This document shows positions 26,945 through 38,540 of a stretch of DNA of 64,000 nt, in pieces. Location: assembly GCF_018977255.1 (NCBI RefSeq), contig NW_024704742.1, positions 56,112,001 to 56,176,000 on the forward strand. The letters are read 5' to 3'. This DNA is from Callorhinchus milii. Taxonomy: Eukaryota. The notes under the pieces were generated by a model that was given only the letters and a program-made list of their open reading frames with translations, had not been told where the DNA came from and searched no databases. A program made the position numbers and the translations under genes. Positions within the stretch are counted from its first letter, which is position 1. Each line of letters opens with the position of its first letter.

Positions 26945-29835
26945 TTCACAATCCATGACCTCACCGTCGAGGAAAATATCGACACCCTCGCCCTCACCAA
27001 AATCTGGGTCACCTCAGGCGACACCTTTCCACTAGTTGAGGCCACACCTCCAGGTTACACCTTTCACCAAACCCCATGGCCTAATCACTATGGCGGTGGT
27101 GTGGCTCTCATCTCCCGGTCCCTCCTCGGCCTTTCCCCTTACTCCTCCGGAACTTACCCCTCCTTTGAACACCTTATCCTCTACCACCCCTTCAGGCTTT
27201 CCTTCAAAATCCTCCCTGTTTACCATCCACCCAAGCCTTCCCCCACCTTTCTCTTGGATATCTCCACTCCCCTATCTTCCCTCTGCTCCGAACACCTCCA
27301 TATCTTAGGCGACTTCAACCTCCACTTCACCCCCTCCTGCTCTACCTCTGCCGACTTCTCCTCCCTCCTCTCTTCCCTCAAACTCTCTCTCCTCATCCAC
27401 TCCCCCACCCACAACCGTGGCCATCCCCTTGACCTGGTGATTACCCGGGGCCTCACCGTTTCGGACATCACCATTGTCGATAAAACCATCTCGGACCACC
27501 ACTTCATCTCCCTCAACACCTCAGTATCCCTTCCTCTTTCCCAACCATCCAACATTACATACCGTCCATGGAAAAAAAAATTCTCCCTCTCCACTACCCT
27601 GGAGTCATCTGCACTCCTACACCTCTGGCTCTCACTGACTGATCTCCTCTCCTCACTCTTCTTTCTCCACAACTCCCTCTACTCCATTCTGGACATCTTT
27701 CCCCCCCTCACCTCCCGAACTGCCTCATAATTCCCATAAATCCCCCTGGTACACCAGCCATCTCCATTCCCTCAAGGCACAAGTGCGAGCTGCCGAACGC
27801 GTCTGGACCAAATCCAAACTAACGGTCCATCGGCAAATTTGGCTTCACCGCAACCAAGACTTATCGCTGCGCTCTTGCCTCTGCCAAATCCTCCTTCTAT
27901 GCCTAGGTTATCTTGGAGGCAAAGGACAACCCCAGGCTTCTCTTTTCCACCACAAACCATCTCCTCCGTCCACCTTCCCATACCTCGCCCATCCTCTCCT
28001 CAAACTCCAACTGTGAGGAGATGCTGAACTGCCTCGAACCTAAAATCGAGAGGATACATTCAGCCACCTCAGCCCCGTTCACAGCTACCCCCACATCAAC
28101 TCTCCATCATGACTCAACCCCACCCATCCGCCCCTATACTCCTTCGACCCTATCTCTCCCTCCTCCCTTACCACGAATGTCCGCAAACTCAAACCCACCA
28201 CCTGCTCCCTCTATCCCTCCCCACCTCTCTCCTCATCTCCCAGCTCCAACTTCTGGCCCCTCTCCTGTCCGATGTCATCAACCTCTCCTTGTCCACCGGT
28301 TCAGTTCCCATCCCCCTAAAAACAGCCGTCATCACCCCCATCTTGAAAAAACCTTCCCTGGACCCATCTCTCCTCTCCAGCTACTGCCCCATCTCTAACC
28401 TCCCATTCCTCTCCAAGGCCCTGGCACGAGTCGTTGCGTCCCAGCTCCGCTCCTTTTTTTCTCACCATTTCCTCTTTGAACCCCTCCAATCCGGCTTCCG
28501 CGCTGCCCACAGCACGGAAACAGCCCTGGTCAAAGTCACTAATGACATTCATCTGTGACCAGGGCTCCCTCTGCCTCCTTGTCCTCCTCGACCTCTCTGC
28601 CACCCTCGACACTGTTGACCACTCCATCCTCATACACCGCCTCTCCTCTTTACTTAATCTTCGCAGACGTGCCCTTGCCTGGTTCGATTCCTATCTCTTT
28701 CACCGTCTCCTCTTTGTTGCCTCTAACGGTTTCTCCTCCAGACCCTGCACTGTCATATCTGGCGTCCCCCAGGGCTCTGTCCTTGGCCCTCTCTTCTTTA
28801 ATATCTAAATGTTCCCCCTTGGTGACATCACCTGCACACTTCCGTTAACTTCCATATGTATGCGGATGACACCCAAATCTATCTTTCTGCCTTCACCCTC
28901 AACTCCAGGACTACTGCTGTCCTGACATCTGTCGGACATCAAGTCCTGGATGAGGGCAAATTTCCTACAGTCGAATGTGAACAAGACTGAGGCCTTCCTG
29001 ATTGGCTCACGCCAGCGCCTCAGCACCTCAGGCTGTGGCAGCATCAACCTCCATGGTTGCACACTTCAACTCACCAAGCCAGTCAGGAACCTCGGTGTCT
29101 TGTTCGACCCTCAACTGTCTTTTCTCCCCTACATTCAAGCCATGACCCTCTCTGCCTTCCCTCACCTCCGTAACATCACCCGACTCCACCACTACCTCAC
29201 CCCTCAGGCCGCTGAAACTCTTGTTCATGTCTTCATCACCTCCAGGCTCGACTATGCAAACGCCCTGCTTGTCGGCCTTCCCAACTCCTCCCTCCACAGG
29301 CTGCAGATAATGCAGAACTCTGCAGCTCGTGTCCTCTCCCGCACCAAACTCCGTGACCCTCTCCCCCATTCTTGCCGGACTCCATTAGCTCCCTATCCTT
29401 CAGAGGATGCACTTCAAGATCCTGGTCCTCACATACAAAGCCCTCCATGGCCTTTCCTCACGCTACCTCTGCGACCTCCTAACCCCCTACCAACCCTCCC
29501 CCTCCCTCCGCTCGGCCATCTCTGGCCTGCTCCACGTTCCCCGACCCACCCGCCCCACCATTGGTGAGAGAGTCTTCAGCCACTCTGCCCCCAACCTCTG
29601 GAATTCCATCCCCCAGTCACTCCGCCTGACCCCCTCCTTAGTCTCCTTCAAGTCCCGCCTCAAGACCCTCCTCTTCAACCATGCCATCGGCCACCACCCT
29701 TCCCTTCCCCTGCCTCCCCCCCCCCCCCCCCCCCCGACCCCAGCTCGGGCCTGAAATGCTGTACTCTGACCAGCGCCTTGGGACATCCCCCCGAGGTGAA
29801 AGGTTCTATACAAATGTAATTTTGTTGTTGTTGTT
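26945..29835 (+). mobile_element. L2 LINE ORF2, near complete (APE + RT + 3' UTR), inactivated
   Basis: [66 protein letters not shown] and SRLDYAN are spread over several frames. Poly-C, stem-loop and (TTG)n tail. Confidence 0.93.
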
Positions 29836-30481
29836 CTCACAAAACCCTTTATTTATAATTCAATACAATACAAATTTGCATTTATATAATAATAATCTTT
29901 GCATTTGCTATTATGCCTTTTCACATTGCCGAAATCTCAAAGCGCTTCACAGGATATACTGTAATTGGAGTGATTGTGTATTTTGTGGATGAAATACGAC
30001 AACCAATGGTGCACAGCAATATCCTGCAAATAACCATGAAGTGAGTGACCAATTTTATTTGGGACATTTGTTGCTCAGGACACCGGGATATTGTGCCTTT
30101 CACATCAGGAGAAGATGAAAGTTGATAGTCCTGACTTGGCACCTGAGTTGAGGATTGGAGTTGAGTGGGGTGGGGTGGAGTAAGGAAAGATGACCAAAGA
30201 CGCTGTTGAAGAAGAAAGTCTTGAGACAGAATTTTAAAGAGGTGAGGGAGGGTATGAGTCAGAGGAACTCCGGAATGGGATACAGGTGGGATATTGAGGG
30301 GAGTATGCAATGTTTAATGTGATGATTATCACTAGTAATAATAATCATACTCCATTCTGCAATATTCCCATAGTAGAGTAAAAGTGATTTCAAATACCAA
30401 TCATCCACGATCATAGAGAGACTTTGTACATTTTTGTGTTCTTTAAATTGTTAACACAATTTAGTGATGGAATTGGTTCAA

Positions 30482-30826
30482 GGAGTCCCATAGTATAGTG
30501 GTTAGTTCGCTCGACTCAGAAATGAAAGAACCTCGGTTTGACTCCTGGGCGGGTCGAAATCTTAGGCAAGCTCCCTTACGCCTCCTTCCTCTGTTTACCT
30601 AGCAGTAAATAAGAACCCAGTTGTTAGTCGATTGGCAGATCGCTTTCCGGGGGTAATAATCCTTAAAAACAATTAATCACAGTCCTGTTTATGGGACACT
30701 GCTGTGCGCAGTTGGCTGCCATGTTTCACCCACAAAATACACAGTCAATCCACTTTACAGTATATTCTATGAATAGATGGGTCAATGACTTGACTATATC
30801 AAATGCAAGTATTATTATTATTATTA
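30482..30826 (+). mobile_element. Variant SINE with a different tRNA head and an extra central domain, same 3' body and tail
   Basis: Head ggagtcccatagtatagtggttag...ggtttgactcc, centre cctctgtttacctagcagtaaataag, then gggacactgctgtgcgcagttggctgcc and an (ATT)n tail. Confidence 0.75.
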
Positions 30827-31049
30827 AATAACTTAAGGCTGGGAGGTGCAGCCCTGTTTCTCTAAATCCTGGCTAACTGTCATTCCTGTGCCTGGAGATA
30901 AGTAGTCACATAAGCCAGGAACATAAGATGTGCCTAGATTGATATGTTTGCTCTACCAGTGTTGCTGTGTTAGAGAATTAAACTATATTAACACAGGATT
31001 AAAGCAAATGGGCAATAATACAGTTGTAAAAAGGCTGGCTCAGCCTGTA

Positions 31050-31430
31050 AGCCCGGCTCAGCTGGTAGCACTCTTGCCTGTGAGTAAGAAGGTTGAGGGT
31101 TCAAGCCTCACGTCGAAACTTGGAGCTCATTGTAAAGGGTGATATTCCAGTCCAGTGCTGGGGGTTATTGCATTGTCAGAGGTACCATCCTTTGGAGGAC
31201 ATGTTAAACTGAGGTTCCGTCTGCCTGAATTTCTTCTAATGTCCTGGCCAACAATCCCCCAAATAAAATTGATTATTCGGAGCTGCTTCTGGGTCATTAG
31301 AGTGTGCAAATTGACTACCCAAGTTACCTATAAGTTCACAGGCACTGCAATGTTCAATAATTGCTGTGTAGTGTTTCATGCTTCAACACGATAAGGATTT
31401 GCATGAAATGGAAGAGTTAAGATTATTATT
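31050..31430 (+). mobile_element. Older DeuSINE copy
   Basis: ggctcagctggtagcactcttgcctgtgagtaagaagg head and gcattgtcagaggtaccatcc core. Similar decayed copies lie at about 31750-32010, 38575-38780, 42985-43200, 56300-56590 and 58090-58400 (+), and 49830-50160 and 55120-55500 (-). Confidence 0.7.
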
Positions 31431-34400
31431 ATAGGAAGTTTTAAAAAAAAGCAATGAACAAATTCTGTTGAAAAACTCCTTCACTATTGAATTGGGGTTA
31501 AAAAAAAATGTTTTAAATATGTTATGGGAATACCTGAAAGTATTTGTAATAATAATTTCATGGAGAAATTCATATACATTCAGAAATAATCTTTATGCAA
31601 AGCTAAATGTACACAGCTTCCTTAAGAGGTCAGTTTTCTTGGCAGAAGTATTTGTCATCAGTTAATTCACGTTTATACAAGTTCAATGCTTGAATTAAAG
31701 GTTAACTGAATTAAAGATTAATACCCCCAAATACAAAAAGTGGTCCGAAGTTAAACCGAGACCCCATCTACCTGTTCAAGTGTATGTTAAAGATCCCATA
31801 GCACTATTCAAAAAAGGGTGTTTTTCCCAGTGGCCTGGCTAACAATCCTCCAAATACAATTAGTCACTCCTACTCCATGACTACTTGTGGAACATTGTTT
31901 GTTGTGCACAAATTGCCTGCTGCATTCGCCTACAAATACACAGTCACCAAACTTCACTTTCAGATATCTCAACGACATAATAAAACAGTATACAAATGCA
32001 AAGAATAAATATTGATCACAAGTCAAGTTAAAATTGTAATATGTAGTTTTGGCAGCCTGCTTCTGCAAGATATTAAAACATAGGAATGGTTCAAAATAAA
32101 GTAACATATTTGAATGAGACAGAAAGGGGACCTGATCCATGTATTTAGCTTTAACATTTTAAAAGTATTAGGTGGATCTAAAGATTAGAAGCTTCCCTCA
32201 GTACCACTGCCAAAACTAAAAAAATTGATGCTATGTCTATTGATTATTTGGGGGAAAAAAACTAGATCGATATCAGCTTGAAAAGGGAATAGAAATGTAG
32301 AGTACAATAGATTGCTGTGTAACCATATGATAACTATCTGCATGTCTACTCATGTGGAAGTGAAGTTGGACTGTGATGCTGGCAGCATTTTCTTGTCTCG
32401 CACATGCATATTATATATCGCAGAAGATAATTGTTGTGTTTCAAGTTCACATTTTTAGTTGTATCAACTTCAAAATGAGTGTTTGGTGGAGAGATCTGAT
32501 CCTTTCAAGTACAGGATTAGAGCGATGCAGACAAACATACACAGGCGGATAGAGGAAGAGAGAGACAAATACACACACAAACAGTCTTGTGAAGTTCTGA
32601 TATCTGCACTGGTTCCATATCTACAATTGGAGAGGCCCCAAATAATAGTATGGATATTTGGCTCTCTTCTTTAACGTATTTACAGACACAATGACTCCTG
32701 TGCTGCTAGACCTGAGGCCAAGGGGAAATGTTGACTGTGGAAGGAGACTATCGGAGAATAGTAGAGAAGTTGGTATGTTGGTGTGGTGTCCATTGGGTTA
32801 AAGGAAATGTCTGTGCAAATCTTTCCTCAGAAAATAGTCTGTGAAAGCAATGGGTTTGATGTGAGAAATGACATGTTCTCACTCCATCCTTTTTATGTTC
32901 TTGTATTGAACGAGCTGTTGCAGCAACCAAAGGATCCAATATGGAATGTAGATTGACACACAGACAGGCATTTCATCTTTATTAGTATAGATAGATTATT
33001 ATATAGAATTATATACATAAGGGGAGCGAGAGGGCCTAAACCCCAGCCCCGGGTGAGACCCCGACACGAGCCCAGGCTTCACCCTCCCCGGCTAGTTGCT
33101 GCTCGGCCGTGGCCTGGAGGAATCCGGAAACCCTGTGGCCTTACCTAGCCAACTATCACCCGCCACCGGCCCAACTCCGACGTGGCCCAGCCCAGCCCAG
33201 GGCGGCCCAGGAAAAGCAGCCGAACAACTGCCGTCAAATGCTGCTCGAGGCAACTTTCACCTCACCACCGCCATCTAGTTCCTGCCTCTTGGCTTCGTCT
33301 GAATGCATGTGTGCTGCATGCATGCTCTGTGCTGCACAATGCCACAATGCCACTGGGAGTTGGTGCGGCCACCAGGTGTAATTGCAATATTCATGTAACT
33401 GCCATACATGTGTGATAAGCCTTTTTTTAATATAGCTCATCAATGATGGGAGATCCCTGAGAAAATTATACCCACGACAATCCCCCATGCAAGAGCTTTC
33501 CGATGTGGTATAAATCATGTCTCTACGTCGATCGGTTATTGAGTTCTTAGCGGACACAATAACCCCTGAATTTGTGCAGAAGGGTTCCAGGACCCTACCC
33601 CTGTGAAGGGCACTATATAAATGCAAGTTGTTGTTCCATCCTGTTGGGTAGTATGCTCTTAGATGGAGAAGCAGTGGGAAGCTTGTCAGGCAGTGCTCTC
33701 AATGGCAAGCTATGCGGATTTAAACTCCAACAGTACGCTAACACACACACTGGGCTCCCCAAGCATTGGTTCTTGCGAACCCTTATTTAATACTCACTGG
33801 AATTAGGCAAGAGGAATGTGCCTCTCCAGCAAGAGAGTATGAATTCCAGACACAAGGACATTTCTATCTGTAGGGGGCATATGCGCACAGAACTCTCAGT
33901 CTGATTTTGATACTCTTACGCAGTGCTGGCCCTCCAAACATTTGCACTAATCTAGGTAGGGCCATGTTCGATTGGTGGTGTGTTTCCAGAAATTCAACCA
34001 AGAACACTTATTTTGTTGGCCGACCAAAATAATTGGGCACTACTACTCTAGTGATAGATTTCTGCATGTGTCAGACACCGGCTGACCCAAAAAATAAATT
34101 GCTATCTAATTTAAAATTAATAAGAAGATATATATTTATTGAAAGGTTGAAATGTAATGCTTCACAATTTGGTGTGATCGCATCCAATGCAATATAAACG
34201 CTGCAGCATGGAAATAGACAAACATTGTAAATTATTTTGGATTACCTATGACTTCTACCTAATACTTCTCTGGATATTGCACATAATCTAACAGAAAATG
34301 TATTTGAAAATTAAATGAATTCATAATAATTCCTGCAGTTGATATAGCACCTTAACACATCGTCAAGATGTCTCAAAACATTTCACAGGATTTTACAGTA

Positions 34401-36567
34401 AAGGGTAGTGACTGTGTATTTTATAGGTGAATTTGTGATCTATTTACATTTCCTAATAATCAGTTATTTCTGTAGCAAAATATAGCAGAAAAACTTTCAG
34501 CGATTTCTTTCTCATTCATCCATTCAATTTCTCAACAAGCCTTTACAGTTCAGCTTTATGGCTGCATTTGCGCGGATGTGTTGAGCTATCCCCAGCATCA
34601 GACAAAGACAAGCATCAGTTTGGCAAGTTTTCTAAAAAAAATCAGCTTATCTCAAAACGCAACGTGTCTTCATTGCCCAGTGACACATTAGTTCAGCCCA
34701 CAGCCTCAGAACTATTTATTCTGCCATGTTATTCACTCAGGCACACAAGCTTCCCTAATGCATCTATGCCACACATAGCTGAGAGGCAATGTATGTCTGT
34801 TTACATTTTATTGATAATAATTAATATTATGATAATCCTTGTATTTGGTGTAGCATCTTTTACGTCATAAAGATGAATCAAAGCACTTCACGGGATAAAG
34901 TTAAACTGCAGAAACTGTATTTTTGAGGTGTATGTATATTAAAACTCAAAGTATAAAGATTATACAGGGGTATGGGGAAAGAAAATGGGGCCAAATGGCT
35001 TTTTTCTGTGCGCTATGTTTCTATATTTCTATGAAACCAAACTACTGAGAGACCCTAGCTTCAAAGTTAAGCCTGCATTTCAGAATTTATCAAATTTTGC
35101 ATGTTTTAAAATACTAAGAACACAGAGTAAATGTAAACCCGGATGGAATATTTGTTTCTGCAATCCAAATCCAGCTCAGGATCAAACGTCATAGCTCTCA
35201 CAATTTAGATGTTTGTCAACATAAACAGCATACAGACTTACAACAAATCCTCTCTCCTCCCACGACCACATGCATGCAGCTCTCAATGCCTGACTTATGA
35301 ATCTGTCCATACACAAATATTTTCATGGAATATTTGCATGGATGCATATTGCATAACTCATCAAAAAATCATATTACCCAGTACATATCTTCATGTTTAT
35401 TTCTTTTTAAAAGGTAGGTTGTGTAGCAGTCGTCTGCCTACAAAATACACAATGTCTGCACTTTAACTTTATCCTGTGAAGTGCTTTGATTCATCCTGAT
35501 GACGTAAAAGGTGCTATACCAAATTCAAGGATTATTATAATATTAATTATTATTATCAATAAAATGTAAACAGACGTATATCGCCTCTCAGCTATGTGTG
35601 GCATAGATGCATCAGGGAAGTCTGTGTGCACTAATATACATACACCTCAAAAAATGTCTCTAATCTTTTGGGTTCCTTTACAGTCCTTGCTCTCTGAATG
35701 TATTCAAAACTCTTAAGCATGGTAATGCTTTTCTGCATGTGTCAGACACTCAGCTGACCAAAACAAAAAACGTATATGTATAGATTAAAGCCCCAAAAAA
35801 GCTTTTACGTATCTTAAAAGATTGAAGACAATAGGATTTCAGAAATAACCATGTTTTCATTTTTTGTAAGAGTTTGCCTACAAAATACAGAGTTACTGCA
35901 CTTAACAGTAAATCCTGTGAAGCGCCTTTCAATGTCTTCCTGACATTAACAGTATTATATCAAATGCAAGATTATTGTTATTGAGTTGCATCTATCAAAT
36001 GTGCTGATGCACCTTCAATCTACTCCATATAGCCCCCATTCAGATGCTGTTTTTCTCCATCACCGCATTGTCCATCTCTGATCCTAGTTCACACCTATTA
36101 CCACTGGAACCTCATCCACACCCTTGTCACCTCCTGCCTTGATTTCTCAAACATACTCCTCACTGGTCTGCCCAGTTCCATCATCCACAAAATACAGCTG
36201 CTGCAAAACTCTTCCTCTATCAGTAGCCATGTCTTCAGCCACAAGAGCTACAATCGCTGGAACTCCCTGCCTTAATCCCTCCATTTTGTCCTGTCTTTAT
36301 CTGTTTTTAAATCCCACCTGAAGACCTACCTCTACAACCACGCCTATGGTCACCTCTCCCTTCTCCCTTGCTTGGCATCCATCCTCTGCACTGTAATGTG
36401 CTCTGAGATGCTATCCTATGTGTATATAAATGCAAGACATTGTTGATTTTGTTATCAGATCATTGTTACTGAAATTTGTTTAAAATTACAGTTTTGCTTT
36501 AACTTGCAGAGTTATAACTGAAATGCATGGTAATTATTAGGCAAAAGTTAATGTGGAATGCTTACAC

Positions 36568-36590
36568 ATCTTTCTCTTTTTTTTGAACAG
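36568..36590 (+). promoter_or_regulatory. Polypyrimidine tract and 3' splice acceptor of melatonin receptor exon 2
   Basis: atctttctctttttttttgaacag, with AG at 36589-36590, lies immediately before GA AAT ATA TTT GTG (G-N-I-F-V). Confidence 0.9.
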
Positions 36591-37459
36591 GAAATATATT
36601 TGTGGTCAGCCTGGCGGTTGCAGATCTAGTTGTGGCAATCTACCCATACCCAATGGTCTTGACATCAATATTTCATAACGGCTGGAATTTGGGCTACATG
36701 CACTGCCAAATCAGCGGTTTCCTGATGGGTCTGAGCGTGATCGGATCAATTTTCAATATCACCGGCATAGCCATCAATCGATATTGTTACATCTGCCACA
36801 GCCTCAAATATGACAAGTTTTACAGTGACAAGAACTCCCTGTGCTTCGTGATCCTCATCTGGGCCCTGACGTTTATAGCCATTGTCCCAAATTTGTTTGT
36901 AGAATCACTGCAGTATGACCCAAGAATCTACTCCTGCACATTTGTGCAGTCCGTGAGCTCTGCTTACACTATCTCAGTGGTATTCTTTCATTTCATCCTG
37001 CCCATTGGCATCGTCACCTTCTGCTACTTGAGGATATGGATCCTCGTAATACAAGTCAGAAGACGGGTGAAGCCAGACACAAGGCCTAAAATCAAGCCTC
37101 ATGATTTACGGAACTTTGTGACAATGTTTGTGGTGTTTGTGCTCTTTGCAGTCTGTTGGGCTCCTCTTAACTTTATTGGTCTAGCTGTGGCTGTCAATCC
37201 AGACACCATTGCCCCAAGGATTCCAGAATGGCTATTTGTAGCCAGTTACTTCATGGCATACTTCAACAGCTGCCTTAATGCGATCATCTATGGACTTTTG
37301 AACCAGAATTTCAGGAGAGAGTACAAACGAATTATAATCTCAGTGTGCACCGCAAGGATTTTCTTTCCAGAGAGTTCTAATGATGCACCCGACAGAAATA
37401 AAAGCAAACCTTCTCCTCAAATGACCAACAACAATCAAGTGAAAGTGGATTCTGTCTGA
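36591..37459 (+). CDS. MTNR1A: Melatonin receptor type 1A (MT1/Mel1a), terminal coding exon 2 (TM2 to C-terminus)
   Basis: Intact frame (G)[20 protein letters not shown]...NRYCYICHS...[11 protein letters not shown]...CWAPLN...[10 protein letters not shown]...[10 protein letters not shown]. It has the melatonin-receptor NRY and NAxxY motifs and the MT1-type C-terminal DSV. It follows a pyrimidine tract and AG (tttctctttttttttgaacag|GA) at the usual phase-1 intron position. Stop TGA at 37457-37459. Confidence 0.93.
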
Positions 37460-38540
37460 ATGATTTATGCATTCACTCCAGTGTGCCAAACAATAAAACA
37501 AAATAAAACAATATAGAACCAATGTAAAACATATATTATAACTGATGGAAATATCAATATATGTTAAACCTATGTTTTCATATATAAAACTTGTTACTTT
37601 AAGGTATAAAGGATGACACAAAGATTTATTTGCATGTCAGCGCATAAGAATATTAGCGCTTACACGAGCAACACATGTAGTTTACTCATGTGGCATTTTC
37701 ACACAGAAATAAAAGTTTTTTTCAATAATTAATAAGCTCGAATCAACTGCTTGATGCACAGTAGCAGACGACAGTAATAGTAATGAAAATGTTCAGAGCA
37801 GAAAGGGTGACACTAAAGAAAGAGACTACACATTATTTCAGCTTCAACTGACAAACTTAATTCATCTGGGTATCTGAGATCCACCAGTTAAAATTGCCTT
37901 ATAGTGTTTCTTCCTTTGAGATTAGTCACAAATATGCTAAGATCAGATATTGGGTACCACAGATTTTATAATGCAACACTTGAAAGAGAAGCTTGGCAAT
38001 GCATAATCATTTTGCATTTGAATTTCAGAATGACAAAACAAATGTAAATAGTATATTCAGAGCTTGAAATGTACCCCAAATATACAAATATATAACAAAT
38101 ATACAAGTATATCATTTTTTGAGAAACTCAAGCCCATTTGCTTTTCAGAAAGGGAAGGAGTATTTTAGAATGATTGACCATTTCAAAAGAGTAAAAATTA
38201 AGCATGTGATATGATCGCAAGTGTTATTATCATACACTACATTTTGCCCCATATGTATTTTATTGGAATAGCAAATAAGAGTTTATTAGCATAACATTCA
38301 GTATCTTTAAATTGAGACAGGTGTTACAGAGATTTGTAATAAGAATCCTCCATTAGCTTGGATAGGGTGCATGCTCTACTTTTATATTAAAATTAATTTA
38401 ATTTTGCCAGTGGTATTTTTACAGTATTTAGTACAATTGTTTTGATTTTAGTGTAAGGACAAAGATTTGTGAAATTCTACATTGCTTGTATCTGCACCTA
38501 AATTTGAATTATCAAGAATGCACAAGACAAATAGGGGGCA
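37460..38540 (+). other. Probable 3' UTR with candidate polyadenylation signals
   Basis: AT-rich stretch after the stop with no repeat I can recognise. AATAAA occurs at 37492, 37502 and 37708. The true 3' end cannot be determined from sequence. Confidence 0.5.

Noticed and set aside
4303..29840. Gly/Glu/Arg-rich and Pro/Ser-rich ORFs (for example 4303-4812, 16063-16449, 27220-27672, 29487-29840)
   Set aside because: They are antisense or alternative frames of strongly C/T-skewed L2 sequence.
36602..36604. ORF-track start codon for the receptor
   Set aside because: It is an internal GTG (Val). The frame begins at the splice acceptor (36591), and TM1 is encoded by a missing upstream exon.
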